Part shown: one piece after another, positions 20,486-31,102 of the stretch
Numbering within the stretch: position 1 is the first letter of the stretch
How the letters are laid out: every line of letters starts with the position of its first letter
Notes under the pieces: generated by a model
The model's input: only the letters and a program-made list of their open reading frames with translations
Database searches by the model: none
Told to the model about the DNA's origin: nothing
NCBI GenBank assembly: GCA_051874735.1
Contig: JBJEGD010000003.1
Span: forward strand, 1-64,000
Direction: 5' to 3'
Origin: Candidatus Bruticola sp.
Lineage (GTDB): Bacteria > Vulcanimicrobiota > Xenobia > Xenobiales > Xenobiaceae
DNA length: 64,000 nt
Made by a program: the position numbers and the translations under genes

Positions 20486-21558
20486 TCAGCAGCAGAAAAA
20501 ATTTTGTAATGTTTTTTTAACTGTTCCTCGAGTTTAGCTAACCATATATCCTGAGCAGCTTCATTGGGATGGAAGCGCTCATTTCCTCCGTTGCGATACT
20601 TGACATTTTCCGATTCAAAGCGGATATCCAGTACAGGATAATTAGACTCTTGCCCCCAACTGTCTAGATAGTCCGTGTTATCTTCTAAAAGTACCACCGC
20701 AAATTGGCTTTTTTTATCTGCGCACACCTTACTGAAATTGTCACAGAGACTTCGAATCAAATGTGTCATTTGTTTATTATAGTTGCCATCGCGACTCGCT
20801 TTAGCATAGAATTCTTGTCGACCGGCATTATAAACTAAACTGCTGTATTCAGCTAAAGCGAAGTACTCTTTTAGCGGCAGATTGTAATAGAAGCTGGGCC
20901 TAATACATAACATGTCTTCTTGCATAAAAACTTCTGGAGCAGCGGCGTAAATTTCTCCCATCTTAAATTGACCAGCATATTTGCCTTTTTCTGAACGCAA
21001 ACAATGATTTTTTATATAGAAATACAGGACTAAATCGTAAGTCTGACTTCGCAGCAAATATTCTCCCAGCAGCAAACTTTGATAAGTACCCCAGCCAACA
21101 GTTCCGTAATTATCGAAAGAGGCTTGCGGATAATGCTGATTGAGCTTCCAAGCTAAAGTTTGTTCATCGTTCAAACCAAATCCGTAAAGATAAGAACAGC
21201 CCAGCATCAGCACACGTGGATGAGCAGCCCTCTCTTTATAGGGACGACTAGCTCTCTGGCCATCGGGCCAAATTGTAACACTATGGCGACAACCTTCCTC
21301 ATCGACTTCAATAGTGCCTACTCTGTTCAGCCATCCGCAGTAAGGGAGCAGTGGCAGCAAAAAAGAGGGATATTGTTTTAAGAGTTGGCGTTGTTTGATT
21401 ATTAATTGATTAGGGCTATCGTAGAATAGGCTGACGGCTGTTTCGGCTGTACAAAGTATAGCGGCGGCCAAGAAAAGGACTCGCCATCCCCAATAACGTT
21501 TCACGGCCTCTTTCCTTCCCATATGTTTTCTAAATAAGGGGAAATCTTCTCCAACCAC
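20482..21558 (-). CDS. SGNH/GDSL-like hydrolase, paralogue 3
   Basis: TM, CGW, WPDGQRASR, GCSYLYG, NYG and HPN motifs. The true start may be about 36 nt downstream. Confidence 0.75.
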   Translation of the reverse strand: MVGEDFPLFRKHMGRKEAVKRYWGWRVLFLAAAILCTAETAVSLFYDSPNQLIIKQRQLLKQYPSFLLPLLPYCGWLNRVGTIEVDEEGCRHSVTIWPDGQRASRPYKERAAHPRVLMLGCSYLYGFGLNDEQTLAWKLNQHYPQASFDNYGTVGWGTYQSLLLGEYLLRSQTYDLVLYFYIKNHCLRSEKGKYAGQFKMGEIYAAAPEVFMQEDMLCIRPSFYYNLPLKEYFALAEYSSLVYNAGRQEFYAKASRDGNYNKQMTHLIRSLCDNFSKVCADKKSQFAVVLLEDNTDYLDSWGQESNYPVLDIRFESENVKYRNGGNERFHPNEAAQDIWLAKLEEQLKKHYKIFSAAE

Positions 21559-22595
21559 TTCTGCTGAGCCGCTCCATTAGGATGGTTACATTCTTTAGAA
21601 GCAATGCGAAATTGTTTACTGGTAATAGAAGGCCAAGATAGAAGCCAATAATCGTAAGGCAAACGATCAGGCAGAGGGCAGTATCTCCACAGTTTAGGAT
21701 CTCCTTCTAAAAAAGCCAGGGCAAAACGACTGCCGTTTTTTTTCGCCTGAGAAGCCATTTTTTGCACCAGTAGCCAAAAGATTTTTTCCTTAGCAGGCAT
21801 AAAATGATCGAAATTTCCACGTGAGCAAGCATAAAGCTGCTGTTGTTCACTGACGCGCCTGCCTACCCATACCCGACGTAAAAAATCGAGAGAGCGAAAA
21901 TAAAACTGTCCAGGCCAAATTTCAGCATCGGCAGGAATTAAATGGAGCTGTTCTGGTTCGTCAGGCAAAGCATCAATAAATGATGCAGCTTCTGCTTCCT
22001 CCGGACAGTACATCAGCTGGTGCAATTCTACTCTAGGATAAAGGGCATAATGTTGACCAGGACGCAAACTGCCAACAAATTTGTATTCCGTATTGCGATT
22101 CCGGTGATCATTAATGGCGCCATAAATAACCAAGTCGTAGGAATTATCTTTTAAGAGAGTTTCTTCTAGCATTAAACATTGATAAGTTCCCCAACCTGGC
22201 ACTCCATAATTGTCAAATTGTACATGAGGATACTTTTGGTTAAGACGCCAAGCTAGAGTATCCTGATCGTCTAAGCCACTGCCAAAAATGTAAGAGCACC
22301 CCAGCAGCAAAACCCGCTGTTTAGTTTTCAAATTAGAATTACTTGGACGGGAAGCCCGCTGTCCATTAGGCCAAACGGTTTCTAAAGCGGTCCGATCTTC
22401 AGACGAAGGGTAGAGCCCCCTTTCGAGTCCCCAACCGCAACTTCTAACGCAAGAACGCAAAAAAGGAGCAACTTTAGCCTCATGTTTCTCTACTTCTGCC
22501 AAATAATGAAAATTAAATCCTAAAAAGGCTAAATACAGTTCAGCTGCCACTGCCAATACGACACATACTGCTAATAATGCAGTGATTTTACGCAT
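21501..22595 (-). CDS. SGNH/GDSL-like hydrolase, paralogue 4
   Basis: TM, CGW, WPNGQRASR, GCSYIFG, NYGVPG and HPN motifs. Confidence 0.75.
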   Translation of the reverse strand: MRKITALLAVCVVLAVAAELYLAFLGFNFHYLAEVEKHEAKVAPFLRSCVRSCGWGLERGLYPSSEDRTALETVWPNGQRASRPSNSNLKTKQRVLLLGCSYIFGSGLDDQDTLAWRLNQKYPHVQFDNYGVPGWGTYQCLMLEETLLKDNSYDLVIYGAINDHRNRNTEYKFVGSLRPGQHYALYPRVELHQLMYCPEEAEAASFIDALPDEPEQLHLIPADAEIWPGQFYFRSLDFLRRVWVGRRVSEQQQLYACSRGNFDHFMPAKEKIFWLLVQKMASQAKKNGSRFALAFLEGDPKLWRYCPLPDRLPYDYWLLSWPSITSKQFRIASKECNHPNGAAQQKWLEKISPYLENIWEGKRP

Positions 22596-22758
22596 ATTAC
22601 ATATCCGCTGCTTTGTAAGAAATAAGCTGTCACTTTCTCATGTTACTTCTTTAGGCCTTCCGAAAGACTGTAGCCGCATAATTTTATAATATATAGGCGG
22701 CCGATTAAACAGACAAAAAAAAGATATACAGCAGCTGGGCAAGAACAAAAAAAGCATT

Positions 22759-23655
22759 ATGGTAAAAATAGTAAAGTACACTTCAAGTTGGGCGGCAGTT
22801 TTGCTCTTGATTTGCCTCTTCAGTTCTGAGATAAAAGCCGGCCCTCTATCGGAGATTATCCTCTTTGCCTGCAAGCCTTATAAATATTTTCAAATTTATG
22901 CGGTTCGTCCAGACGGTCGCGATATAAGACAGGTACTCGACATACGACGCGACTGCCGTGAGCCTAACCTTTGTGCTCAAACTAATGAAATAGTTTTTAG
23001 CATGTTCTCCCAAGACACTTGGAATCTGTACATTACCGATCTGCAAGGTAGCTTTATTAGAAGGCTAACTTCAACATCGTACGCAGACCGGCACCCAGTT
23101 TGGTCCCCCGACGGCAAACAGATAGTATTCTCCACTACTCGCTGGGGACATATAGAATTGGCCATTATCAACGCTGATGGTTCCGGCCTGCGCCGTTTGA
23201 CTCATAACGGTTTAATAAATGATTTTCCAGTTTGGTCTCCCAACGGGCGTAAGATAGCTTTCGTCAGTTGGAAACGAGGCTGTAGCCATATTTATGTTAT
23301 GAATTTGCAAAACGGTTCGGTCAGACCAATGCTCAACAGGCATCTAACTTGCGTTACTCCAGCCTGGTCTCCTGATAGTTTAGACCTAATATTTCGCGGT
23401 CACAGTTATTTCGGCGATTTTTTAGCCTATGTCGATAAAAAGAACAACCAGCATCAATTTAGAAATAGTACTAGGTTTGCCTCTTATCCTACCTGGTCGC
23501 CCAATGGAGATAAAATACTTTTTAGCGACAATGGCAAAAATTACCACCGCCTGACTTTACTATATCCAGATGACGGCCGAACAGAAGCCTTTGCTGCTGA
23601 CATTCCGGCCCGTGCCTACGACCTAGTTTGGCAGAAAAAGCGCAGAACTTGGTAG
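22759..23655 (+). CDS. TolB-like PD40/WD40 beta-propeller protein
   Basis: Signal peptide and repeated PxWSPDG motifs. Confidence 0.85.
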   Translation: MVKIVKYTSSWAAVLLLICLFSSEIKAGPLSEIILFACKPYKYFQIYAVRPDGRDIRQVLDIRRDCREPNLCAQTNEIVFSMFSQDTWNLYITDLQGSFIRRLTSTSYADRHPVWSPDGKQIVFSTTRWGHIELAIINADGSGLRRLTHNGLINDFPVWSPNGRKIAFVSWKRGCSHIYVMNLQNGSVRPMLNRHLTCVTPAWSPDSLDLIFRGHSYFGDFLAYVDKKNNQHQFRNSTRFASYPTWSPNGDKILFSDNGKNYHRLTLLYPDDGRTEAFAADIPARAYDLVWQKKRRTW

Positions 23656-23664
23656 TTTCCACGT

Positions 23665-24294
23665 TTAATACAAATTTAACATTGATTGACGCAATAGAGT
23701 ATTGGCTTCTTCGGTCTGTTCCTTTACCGAACGGCTGCTGTTTTTGTCAATAGGCGGAAAACGTAAAGGCGGACCGAAGCGCACTTCTTTGAAAGCGCAA
23801 TGGATCCACCTCGCTTCTCGGGGGAAAAATTTGTCCGTTCCCAGCTCAACAATAGGATAAATGGGCACCTGAGCACGCATCGCCAAGGAAACGGCTCCCG
23901 GCATCAAAGGCCCTAGAACTGCGGGATTACTGCTAAGTCTGCCTTCAGGATACATAACTACAGCTTCTCCAGCTTCAAGCAAACGACAGCACAGTGAAAA
24001 GGCCCGCAAATCGTTGCCACCTCGTTTAACGGGAAAAGCACGCAAAGCTGTTATTAATTTGTTGAAATAAGGTATCTCAAAAAGTTCACTAGCAGCCATA
24101 TAGTAAAGAGGCCGAGGTAAAGTTCCTAAAAGCATCAACGGATCGCTCAAACTTACATGATTGCAAACTAAAAGGGCTCCACCTGTTAGGGGCATATTCT
24201 CTTGGCCAGAAATTTTAAGTCCACCCATTAAGCTCAAAATCGCTTTAGTCATAAAATGCATAGGCTTAAAAGCAAAACGTTCATAAAATCCCAT
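23665..24294 (-). CDS. 1-acyl-sn-glycerol-3-phosphate acyltransferase (PlsC family)
   Basis: NHxSxxD (NHVSLSD), FPVKR and YPEG motifs. Confidence 0.88.
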   Translation of the reverse strand: MGFYERFAFKPMHFMTKAILSLMGGLKISGQENMPLTGGALLVCNHVSLSDPLMLLGTLPRPLYYMAASELFEIPYFNKLITALRAFPVKRGGNDLRAFSLCCRLLEAGEAVVMYPEGRLSSNPAVLGPLMPGAVSLAMRAQVPIYPIVELGTDKFFPREARWIHCAFKEVRFGPPLRFPPIDKNSSRSVKEQTEEANTLLRQSMLNLY

Positions 24295-24306
24295 TTTAAT
24301 AACCTT

Positions 24307-25602
24307 CTAATACTGCTTCAGCTCTTCGATACCGCCAGTAATTCCGGAAGTTAAGACAAATAGGGTAATTTCCGGCTTAACTCCACTGCGAAAAGGCACA
24401 ACCGTTTCCCCCAACCCGGTATTAACATAGACCCGGCAGCGTTCATCACTATACCAGCCAGCAGTCAGTTGCTCAGGATAGCGAGTGGAAACTCCCAACG
24501 GAGTTCCCCAAGGAAGCATTACCTGACCTCCGTGAGTATGACCAGATACAATTAAATCAATACGCTCTTGTCCATCGTATCGATCGAAAGCGACGTCAGG
24601 ATTATGACTGAAGAGGATACGTGGCATGTCCGGGCTAACTTCTTGGAGAGCCTGGTCAATATCTACTTCACTTGACCATAAATCGCTTATTCCTGCTAGA
24701 CATATACCTTCCTCAGGAAGGTGTTTGGTCGGCTGCCTTTTTTGATCTATAAAAATACGATCGTTCATAAGTAAGTGCATGCCTCCCTGGGCACAGCTCT
24801 TTTCAATTTGAGCGCTACCTTGCCAATAATCGTGGTTTCCTATTACGCCTATGAAAGATATTTGTGGCTTCAGTCTGCGCATCCAAGCGGCAGCTTGATG
24901 AAAGCGCTCACGACTGCCGAACACATAATCCCCTCCCCCAACTAAAATATCCGGCTTAAGTTCGGCAATCATTTCAGCAGCTTTAGAAGTGTAAATTTCG
25001 CGACTATAAGTGCCGATATGAAGATCGGCAAAAAAAACTAAGCGAAGTCCCTCTAAACTTTGTGGCAAGCCGCTTAAAGGCAGCTTATAAGCACAGACAC
25101 GATAATTACCGGCGTCTTTGCGCAATAAGCCAACTAAAATAGCGAACAAGACGGCAGCTAAGCAGACTATAGCCGTGCAGCGCTTAGTCCAAATTATTTT
25201 GTTTTGCCTGTAAGCATTGCTGAAACGTTCCGCCCCTTCCATAAGCAGCTCGAAAGCAGCAGTGTAAATAAGTAAAGAGATAGCGGCACGAATGCTTACC
25301 GACAGCCAAGCTTCTAAACTAATACGCCCCCAAAAAGCCTGCATATCAACAAATTTGCCCAGTAAATGGCAGATTAAATTATCTAGAGGCACAATCCGCA
25401 ACAGCGCCAAAGCCGGCATAGAAACTGTATAGCAAAATATTCTATAAACACAGCGCTCCGGCATGATATTATTCACAGCAGCAGCGTTGGTATACCCTAA
25501 ATAAAAAACTAAAACAAAAGCCCAAAGCCCAACTATACCAGCGGCTAAACTGCGAATTTTTTTATTGTTTAGGCTGCTAACTAAAATATTACTCCGTTTC
25601 AA
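24307..25602 (-). CDS. Membrane metallophosphoesterase (YkuE/YaeI-like)
   Basis: N-terminal TMs, DLH, GD, GNHD, SHNPD and GHTHGGQ motifs. Confidence 0.9.
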   Translation of the reverse strand: MKRSNILVSSLNNKKIRSLAAGIVGLWAFVLVFYLGYTNAAAVNNIMPERCVYRIFCYTVSMPALALLRIVPLDNLICHLLGKFVDMQAFWGRISLEAWLSVSIRAAISLLIYTAAFELLMEGAERFSNAYRQNKIIWTKRCTAIVCLAAVLFAILVGLLRKDAGNYRVCAYKLPLSGLPQSLEGLRLVFFADLHIGTYSREIYTSKAAEMIAELKPDILVGGGDYVFGSRERFHQAAAWMRRLKPQISFIGVIGNHDYWQGSAQIEKSCAQGGMHLLMNDRIFIDQKRQPTKHLPEEGICLAGISDLWSSEVDIDQALQEVSPDMPRILFSHNPDVAFDRYDGQERIDLIVSGHTHGGQVMLPWGTPLGVSTRYPEQLTAGWYSDERCRVYVNTGLGETVVPFRSGVKPEITLFVLTSGITGGIEELKQY

Positions 25603-26266
25603 GCTCGTAACCGCTCCAGCGCAAGCCTTCAGCCAGCATGCCCGGCTCAGTCAGCATAAAGCCCTCAGCTTGGCCATTCTTAAAAAATATGCCTAAATCG
25701 CAGCGTGCCTGCGAGTAGAGGGCGATGCGTATACCTTTTTTCCTATGCACATAAAAGGCAAAAGGAGGCCCTAACTTGACGAAGCAATCAGAGGAGGATG
25801 TACCTAAAGTTAAAAAATCGGCTTCTCCCTGTCCCAAAGTCCAAACAGTACCGCGTCCGCCTAAAGGACGAGCTACAGAGATGTTGACCGCTTTGCCGTC
25901 ATTATTTAGCCGCACAACAACATTATCACCGTAAACATTAGTCTCCCCTTCGCCCTGACGATCCGGATGGCCCATAGCTGCAGCTAGCTCCTCCGAGCTC
26001 ATGCCTATGTACAGTTTGTTTACTCTTAAAGGCAAATTCGATTTCCATTGAGGCTCTACAATGGTACAAGGATCGTGACCATCGACCACATCTGTCCAAA
26101 TTCTAGTTCTTACGGCTCTATTTTCGATAGGATCTGCCTGCGCCGACTGAACCGCAAACGACGCTAACATCCATATAAATCCTATTAGACAAAGATAGAA
26201 ACTACAAAACCATATCACCTTAAAAAGGGCAAATTTTCTTAACACTAACTCAGCCTTCCTTTCCAT
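25589..26266 (-). CDS. Hypothetical exported protein
   Basis: Signal/TM segment, overlaps the downstream gene, IGMS..E....MG.P motif. Confidence 0.7.
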   Translation of the reverse strand: MERKAELVLRKFALFKVIWFCSFYLCLIGFIWMLASFAVQSAQADPIENRAVRTRIWTDVVDGHDPCTIVEPQWKSNLPLRVNKLYIGMSSEELAAAMGHPDRQGEGETNVYGDNVVVRLNNDGKAVNISVARPLGGRGTVWTLGQGEADFLTLGTSSSDCFVKLGPPFAFYVHRKKGIRIALYSQARCDLGIFFKNGQAEGFMLTEPGMLAEGLRWSGYELETE

Positions 26267-26345
26267 AGAGTCTCTGCCTATCTGCCGAAATCAAAACAAT
26301 AGACGAAATAAGTGGAGGCAGCTGGCCTTCAGCCATATCAGCAGC

Positions 26346-27839
26346 TTATTTTTTTTCAACTCCCAGCAGCCAGCGACGTCCCAAAAGTAGAGCTATAGGA
26401 GAGATCATCGCTACCAAAGCGTATATAAACCACATTTGACCGGAATGTTGAATTCCTTGAACGGGTACAAAAATATCTAATACGGTGCCGGAATAAAGAC
26501 CCGTAGTAAATTTAGCTAAAAACCAAGGAATACCAGCTAGTCCCATATAGGCTCCAACTTTTCCAGAAGGCGCTAAAGCAGCTACGTATTCTAAAAAACG
26601 TGAAGACCATAAAGCCTCTCCTAGCGAGAAGATAATTAAATATAGTACTAAACGGGTTAAGTCAGGACCGGGAACTAATAAAAATGTAGTGGCCGCGCTG
26701 ACAAAAGTACCGATAAGCATCATATCGATAACTTTTACTTTATGGGTTAAAGCGGCAAAAAGCGGTACAAAAATACATATAATTAGAGGATTTAACCCAG
26801 TGAGCCACTCAAACTTATCAGCGACTTCAGCAGGATAACAGCGGAACACATAATCGGGAATCGTCAGCCACTGATGGGCGAACAAAGTGCGTACCGGCAG
26901 CAACATAAAAATAAAGAAAAGGAAACGTTTGTCTGCTAAAGGCCCCAAATGACGGGATAAATTTTCCCACCAAGACAGTGAACTTTCTTCATCCTGAGCT
27001 TTAGAATCAGATTCAGCAGCTTCCGACTTAGCTTCGGGACTTACATAACGATCGTGCTCATCAACTTTTTTAGTTAGAAAACAGAGCACCCCTAAAAACA
27101 TTATCAGGGTTATGAAAGCACAAGCCCAATAGACTCCTTCAATACCCATCCCTAATCCTTTGATGGACACTGAACCTAGCTGTAAAAAGTCGGAATCGGT
27201 GCGTATATACGGACTGACAAAGTTAGATGCTACTATACCCAAATTCATAATAGCGTAAAGTAAACTGTAGCTTATAGCCGCTGTTCTAGGATCGGTATAT
27301 TCTTTGACTCCGCTGTACATAGACGGTTCCAAAATACCGTATCCTAAGGCCATAATCACCAGCGAACCGACAGCAGCCAATGAAGCGGCAGTACCGATAC
27401 CGATATGCGGACAAAAAGCTAATAAAACACGACCAACTAAAATAATGCCTAGCGAAACTAATAGTGCGCGTCGTACTCCCAATTTATCAGCAGCCCAGCC
27501 ACCGCCAGCGACCGACAAAGTAACTAAACCTGTAAAAAGAGAAACTGACAAACCGGCCTGAGCCGTTCCCATGGCTAGATCGGAGCCTAAGTATCTGGTC
27601 AGCAGGGTCAAAACTCCGAAATACGCGATACCATCACCGAAACTGACAAAATTGACAATCCAAAAAGCCCGTGAGGCCAAGAAAAGCAGTTTAATTGAAT
27701 CCCATAAACTTATGTTTTGATTTTCTGGCTCAGCCCCTGAAGTCTGACCGGGAGCGGTGTCGCTCAACTTCTCTGCTGACAAAGCTTGGCCAGATTCAAT
27801 CTCTATTTTTTCTTCGACGGCAGTTAATTCAGATTCCAT
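26346..27839 (-). CDS. MFS transporter (POT-like)
   Basis: About 12 hydrophobic segments, GGWAADKLGVRR MFS motif and LNPLII. Confidence 0.88.
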   Translation of the reverse strand: MESELTAVEEKIEIESGQALSAEKLSDTAPGQTSGAEPENQNISLWDSIKLLFLASRAFWIVNFVSFGDGIAYFGVLTLLTRYLGSDLAMGTAQAGLSVSLFTGLVTLSVAGGGWAADKLGVRRALLVSLGIILVGRVLLAFCPHIGIGTAASLAAVGSLVIMALGYGILEPSMYSGVKEYTDPRTAAISYSLLYAIMNLGIVASNFVSPYIRTDSDFLQLGSVSIKGLGMGIEGVYWACAFITLIMFLGVLCFLTKKVDEHDRYVSPEAKSEAAESDSKAQDEESSLSWWENLSRHLGPLADKRFLFFIFMLLPVRTLFAHQWLTIPDYVFRCYPAEVADKFEWLTGLNPLIICIFVPLFAALTHKVKVIDMMLIGTFVSAATTFLLVPGPDLTRLVLYLIIFSLGEALWSSRFLEYVAALAPSGKVGAYMGLAGIPWFLAKFTTGLYSGTVLDIFVPVQGIQHSGQMWFIYALVAMISPIALLLGRRWLLGVEKK

Positions 27840-27894
27840 ATAATTTATTTATCCTTATTAATGAACTGCGGCTTAAATAGTGCCGCTAAGTTAT

Positions 27895-29205
27895 TTACTC
27901 AGCATGACCTTCTTTGACGGTGTTGTAGTCTGGCAGAGTTAAATCTAGTTTTTCTAAATCGTCAGCCATTTCTAAAGCAGAATTGTAGCGCTGAGCTGGT
28001 TTGCGCGCAGTAGCCTTCAGTACTATCTGATCCAATTTGGGATCGACTTGGGGTCTAACTTTACGCAAAGACATGGGACTGCCCATTACAATTTCTTTTA
28101 TAATATTCATCACTCCATCTTCCCGAAAAGGCACACGACCAGTTATAGCTTCATAAATAATTAAACCCAAAGCGTAAATATCAGTACGGGCACTAATTTC
28201 TCCCAGAGAACTATCCAACTGCTCAGGAGCCATATAAACTGGAGTACCCAAAGTGCTACCAGGAAGAGTAAGGAGCACAGGAGCGTCAAGAAGTTTTGAA
28301 ATACCGAAATCGAGAATACGTACTTTACCGTTTTTATCTGTGAAAATATTGCTCGGTTTCAAATCGCGGTGAACGATGCCGGCCTGATGAATTTTATGCA
28401 GGGCTCTGGCGGTAGTAGCCGCTATCTGTACCGTTTCTGCCGGACTGAGTAGCCTCTCGCTAAGCAATCGTTCTAGATCGTGACCCTGAATAAGATCCAT
28501 AACAATATAGTTTACAGGGGTGCTGCCCACGTCAAAAATATGGACAGTTTCCGGAATACTAAGACGCGCCATGATTTCAGCCTCGCGCAAAAAGCGTTCA
28601 ATTTGGCGTTTTGATAAATCGGCATTATCTGGGAGAACTTTTATGGCTACTTCCCTTTCCAAATCTTTGTCAACAGCTTTATAAACGACCCCCATGCCGC
28701 CTATTCCTAAAATAGTAGTCAGCTCATAACGTCCTAAGGTATCGCCTACACCAATATTGCAAACAGGCCTTCGCGAAGAACGCACATTAGAGATAGGAAC
28801 ATTTTTAGAACAAGCTCGCAAAGCTGCCCCTACTCTGGCTGTCAATACATCAGGATCGGTATTTATATCAACAACGTCGGAGGCACCAGCGGTCAATAAC
28901 TTGACACTAGGTTCTTCTCCAAAAGAATTATCTCGTGAAGAAATTACTGCTACAATTACACAATCTGCTAATTGAACTGGCTGGCGCAGTTGGGCTATGA
29001 ATTCAGCGACCTGATCTACCGTAGCTAAAGCGCAGTCAATAATTATAACATCGGGAATAATTTCGGCTCCTAGCCCATCTGCCGAAATAGATGTACGACC
29101 TCCGGAAATATATCCAGCTCTTTCTAAAGCACTGAGAAAAGCCAAATTATAGGTAGTGCCCTTACCGTAGTAAACTACAGTGATGTCTCTGTTGACAACA
29201 CTCAT
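27895..29205 (-). CDS. Ser/Thr protein kinase with N-terminal receiver-like domain
   Basis: GIGGMGVVY, VAIK, HRDLKPSN, DFG and YMAPE; N-terminus contains PDVIIID and AGASD. ATG at 29205 preferred over TTG at 29223. Confidence 0.9.
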   Translation of the reverse strand: MSVVNRDITVVYYGKGTTYNLAFLSALERAGYISGGRTSISADGLGAEIIPDVIIIDCALATVDQVAEFIAQLRQPVQLADCVIVAVISSRDNSFGEEPSVKLLTAGASDVVDINTDPDVLTARVGAALRACSKNVPISNVRSSRRPVCNIGVGDTLGRYELTTILGIGGMGVVYKAVDKDLEREVAIKVLPDNADLSKRQIERFLREAEIMARLSIPETVHIFDVGSTPVNYIVMDLIQGHDLERLLSERLLSPAETVQIAATTARALHKIHQAGIVHRDLKPSNIFTDKNGKVRILDFGISKLLDAPVLLTLPGSTLGTPVYMAPEQLDSSLGEISARTDIYALGLIIYEAITGRVPFREDGVMNIIKEIVMGSPMSLRKVRPQVDPKLDQIVLKATARKPAQRYNSALEMADDLEKLDLTLPDYNTVKEGHAE

Positions 29206-29367
29206 ACAATAATCCGCCTTCAAAGAAAATATTCTATACCGGGAAACAGTTTATGTCCTCTTCCCATATTGCGATTGTTTCCCTGTTTACAATCAGTTAT
29301 TCCAGCAGACTGCCCTCTACAGTCTATCAGCCTATCAAACTAATTGGTAATTTTTTTATTAATGCTC

Positions 29368-29396
29368 TTGACAACTTTTGGCAAACCATATAATAT
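29368..29396 (+). promoter_or_regulatory. sigma70-type promoter of tRNA(CAT)
   Basis: TTGACA-N17-TAATAT, 10 nt before the tRNA. Confidence 0.75.
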
Positions 29397-29406
29397 GTGC
29401 TCGTTC

Positions 29407-29481
<75 letters not shown>

Positions 29482-29484
29482 CTA

Positions 29485-29510
29485 AGGCCCAGATTATCTG
29501 GGCTTTTTTT
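29485..29510 (+). terminator. Intrinsic terminator after the tRNA
   Basis: ggcccaga-ttat-ctgggc followed by T7. Confidence 0.75.
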
Positions 29511-29515
29511 GTATT

Positions 29516-31102
29516 ATGCACTCTATTGCCACCCGTCTCGAAGAATTTCTGCAGCAAAACAAGTTGATTATTCCAGGCAGCCGCTGTCTGCTCGCTGTTT
29601 CCGGCGGCAGTGATTCCACGGCTTTGCTTTGTCTGATGCATGAACTTAGGCACAGTTTAGGACTTACGTTATACGCAGCTCATTTTGATCATCAGCTGCG
29701 CCCTGAGTCTGGCAGTGACCGTCAATATACAGAAGAGCTGTGCCACTCTTTAGGTGTAGAATGTTTTACTACAACAAAACCTATAGCAGAAATTGCTTTA
29801 TCCCGAGGTTTATCTTTAGAGGAAGCTGGACGTTTTGAACGCTATGCTTTTTTTGACCAAATACAAAAACAGCATAATATTCCTTATCTATTAACAGCCC
29901 ATACGGCTGACGATCTAGCCGAAACGGTTTTGATGCGTTTAATAAGCGGCACCGGCACAGCAGGATTAGGAGCCATTAGAGCCACAACAAAACGCGGCAA
30001 TTTAAACGTAATTCGCCCTTTACTTATTTTCCGTAAGAGCGAGCTGTGCAGCTATCTTGAGGACATAGGCTCAACTTGGCGGGAAGATTCCACCAACCAT
30101 GTGGCCGAAGCTCCCCGTACTAAAGTGCGCTTGTGCCTTTTACCTTTGCTGGAACAATGGAATACAAAAATAGTCGATTCTTTGGGGCGACTGGCCCATA
30201 ACGCTCAGGAAGATGAAGATTATTTTACAGCTGAGGTACATAAGCTGTGGGAAAATGGCCTCATCGAACCTCAAGAAGTTATAGCAGCTAAACCTTACCA
30301 AATTTTTACGTCTAATAAATTAGCTGAACAACGCATCGGCTTTCACCGTGCTTGGCTGAACAGCCTTCATCCTGCCCTGCGCAAGCGGCTTTGGCGCTTA
30401 AGCCAAACTAAGTTACTGTCTAAACTAAATGGAGGCAAGGAGAAAGTTTGGCCTTTAGAAAGTTGTCACTATCAGTCTTTGGAGAATTTCTTACTAGCGG
30501 CCAACGGCAAACGCCTGCCCTTGATAAACGGAATCCAAGTGCGCTGGGAACAAAACATCCTTTGGTGGGAAAGTAGTCAAAACAATCGACAGCTTTCTCT
30601 GCCTAGTCAGACCCTTCCCCTATCTCCTCAGGACTGCCATAATCTGCTAGTAAATAAGTCAGTTCTAGAAGGGAATAACATAGCTGCCCAACAAAGCAAA
30701 AATGAGCTAGAACTAGATTTCAATCTCCTAAATGTAAAAATTACTATACGCAGAGAAAATATTAGCCAAAAGCCGGAGCCTTTAAAAATTTGGCTGAACC
30801 CTCAAGTCTTAATTGAAAGACTTAGCTTATGTCCAACTCTCAGTATGCGCTCCCGACTCCCCGGCGACATTTTCTTCCCCGCTGGAGGCTGCGGCAGGCA
30901 AAAGCTGAAAAAATATCTGTTCAGTGCTGGAATTACTCAAAATGAACGGGATCGTGTTCCTTTACTCTGCTGCGGTCCCAACATTATATGGACCATCGGA
31001 CTCAAAGCCGATCAAAGCTTTTTAGCTAGGCCAGGACAAACCGATGTTATAAGTTTGCAGGCTTCGCCAATACATGCTCAACTAACGAAAGGGTTAAAAT
31101 AA
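29516..31102 (+). CDS. tilS: tRNA(Ile)-lysidine synthetase
   Basis: AVSGGSDS PP-loop, AHTADD.AET, IRPLL, EDSTN and the C-terminal TilS_C region. Confidence 0.95.
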   Translation: MHSIATRLEEFLQQNKLIIPGSRCLLAVSGGSDSTALLCLMHELRHSLGLTLYAAHFDHQLRPESGSDRQYTEELCHSLGVECFTTTKPIAEIALSRGLSLEEAGRFERYAFFDQIQKQHNIPYLLTAHTADDLAETVLMRLISGTGTAGLGAIRATTKRGNLNVIRPLLIFRKSELCSYLEDIGSTWREDSTNHVAEAPRTKVRLCLLPLLEQWNTKIVDSLGRLAHNAQEDEDYFTAEVHKLWENGLIEPQEVIAAKPYQIFTSNKLAEQRIGFHRAWLNSLHPALRKRLWRLSQTKLLSKLNGGKEKVWPLESCHYQSLENFLLAANGKRLPLINGIQVRWEQNILWWESSQNNRQLSLPSQTLPLSPQDCHNLLVNKSVLEGNNIAAQQSKNELELDFNLLNVKITIRRENISQKPEPLKIWLNPQVLIERLSLCPTLSMRSRLPGDIFFPAGGCGRQKLKKYLFSAGITQNERDRVPLLCCGPNIIWTIGLKADQSFLARPGQTDVISLQASPIHAQLTKGLK

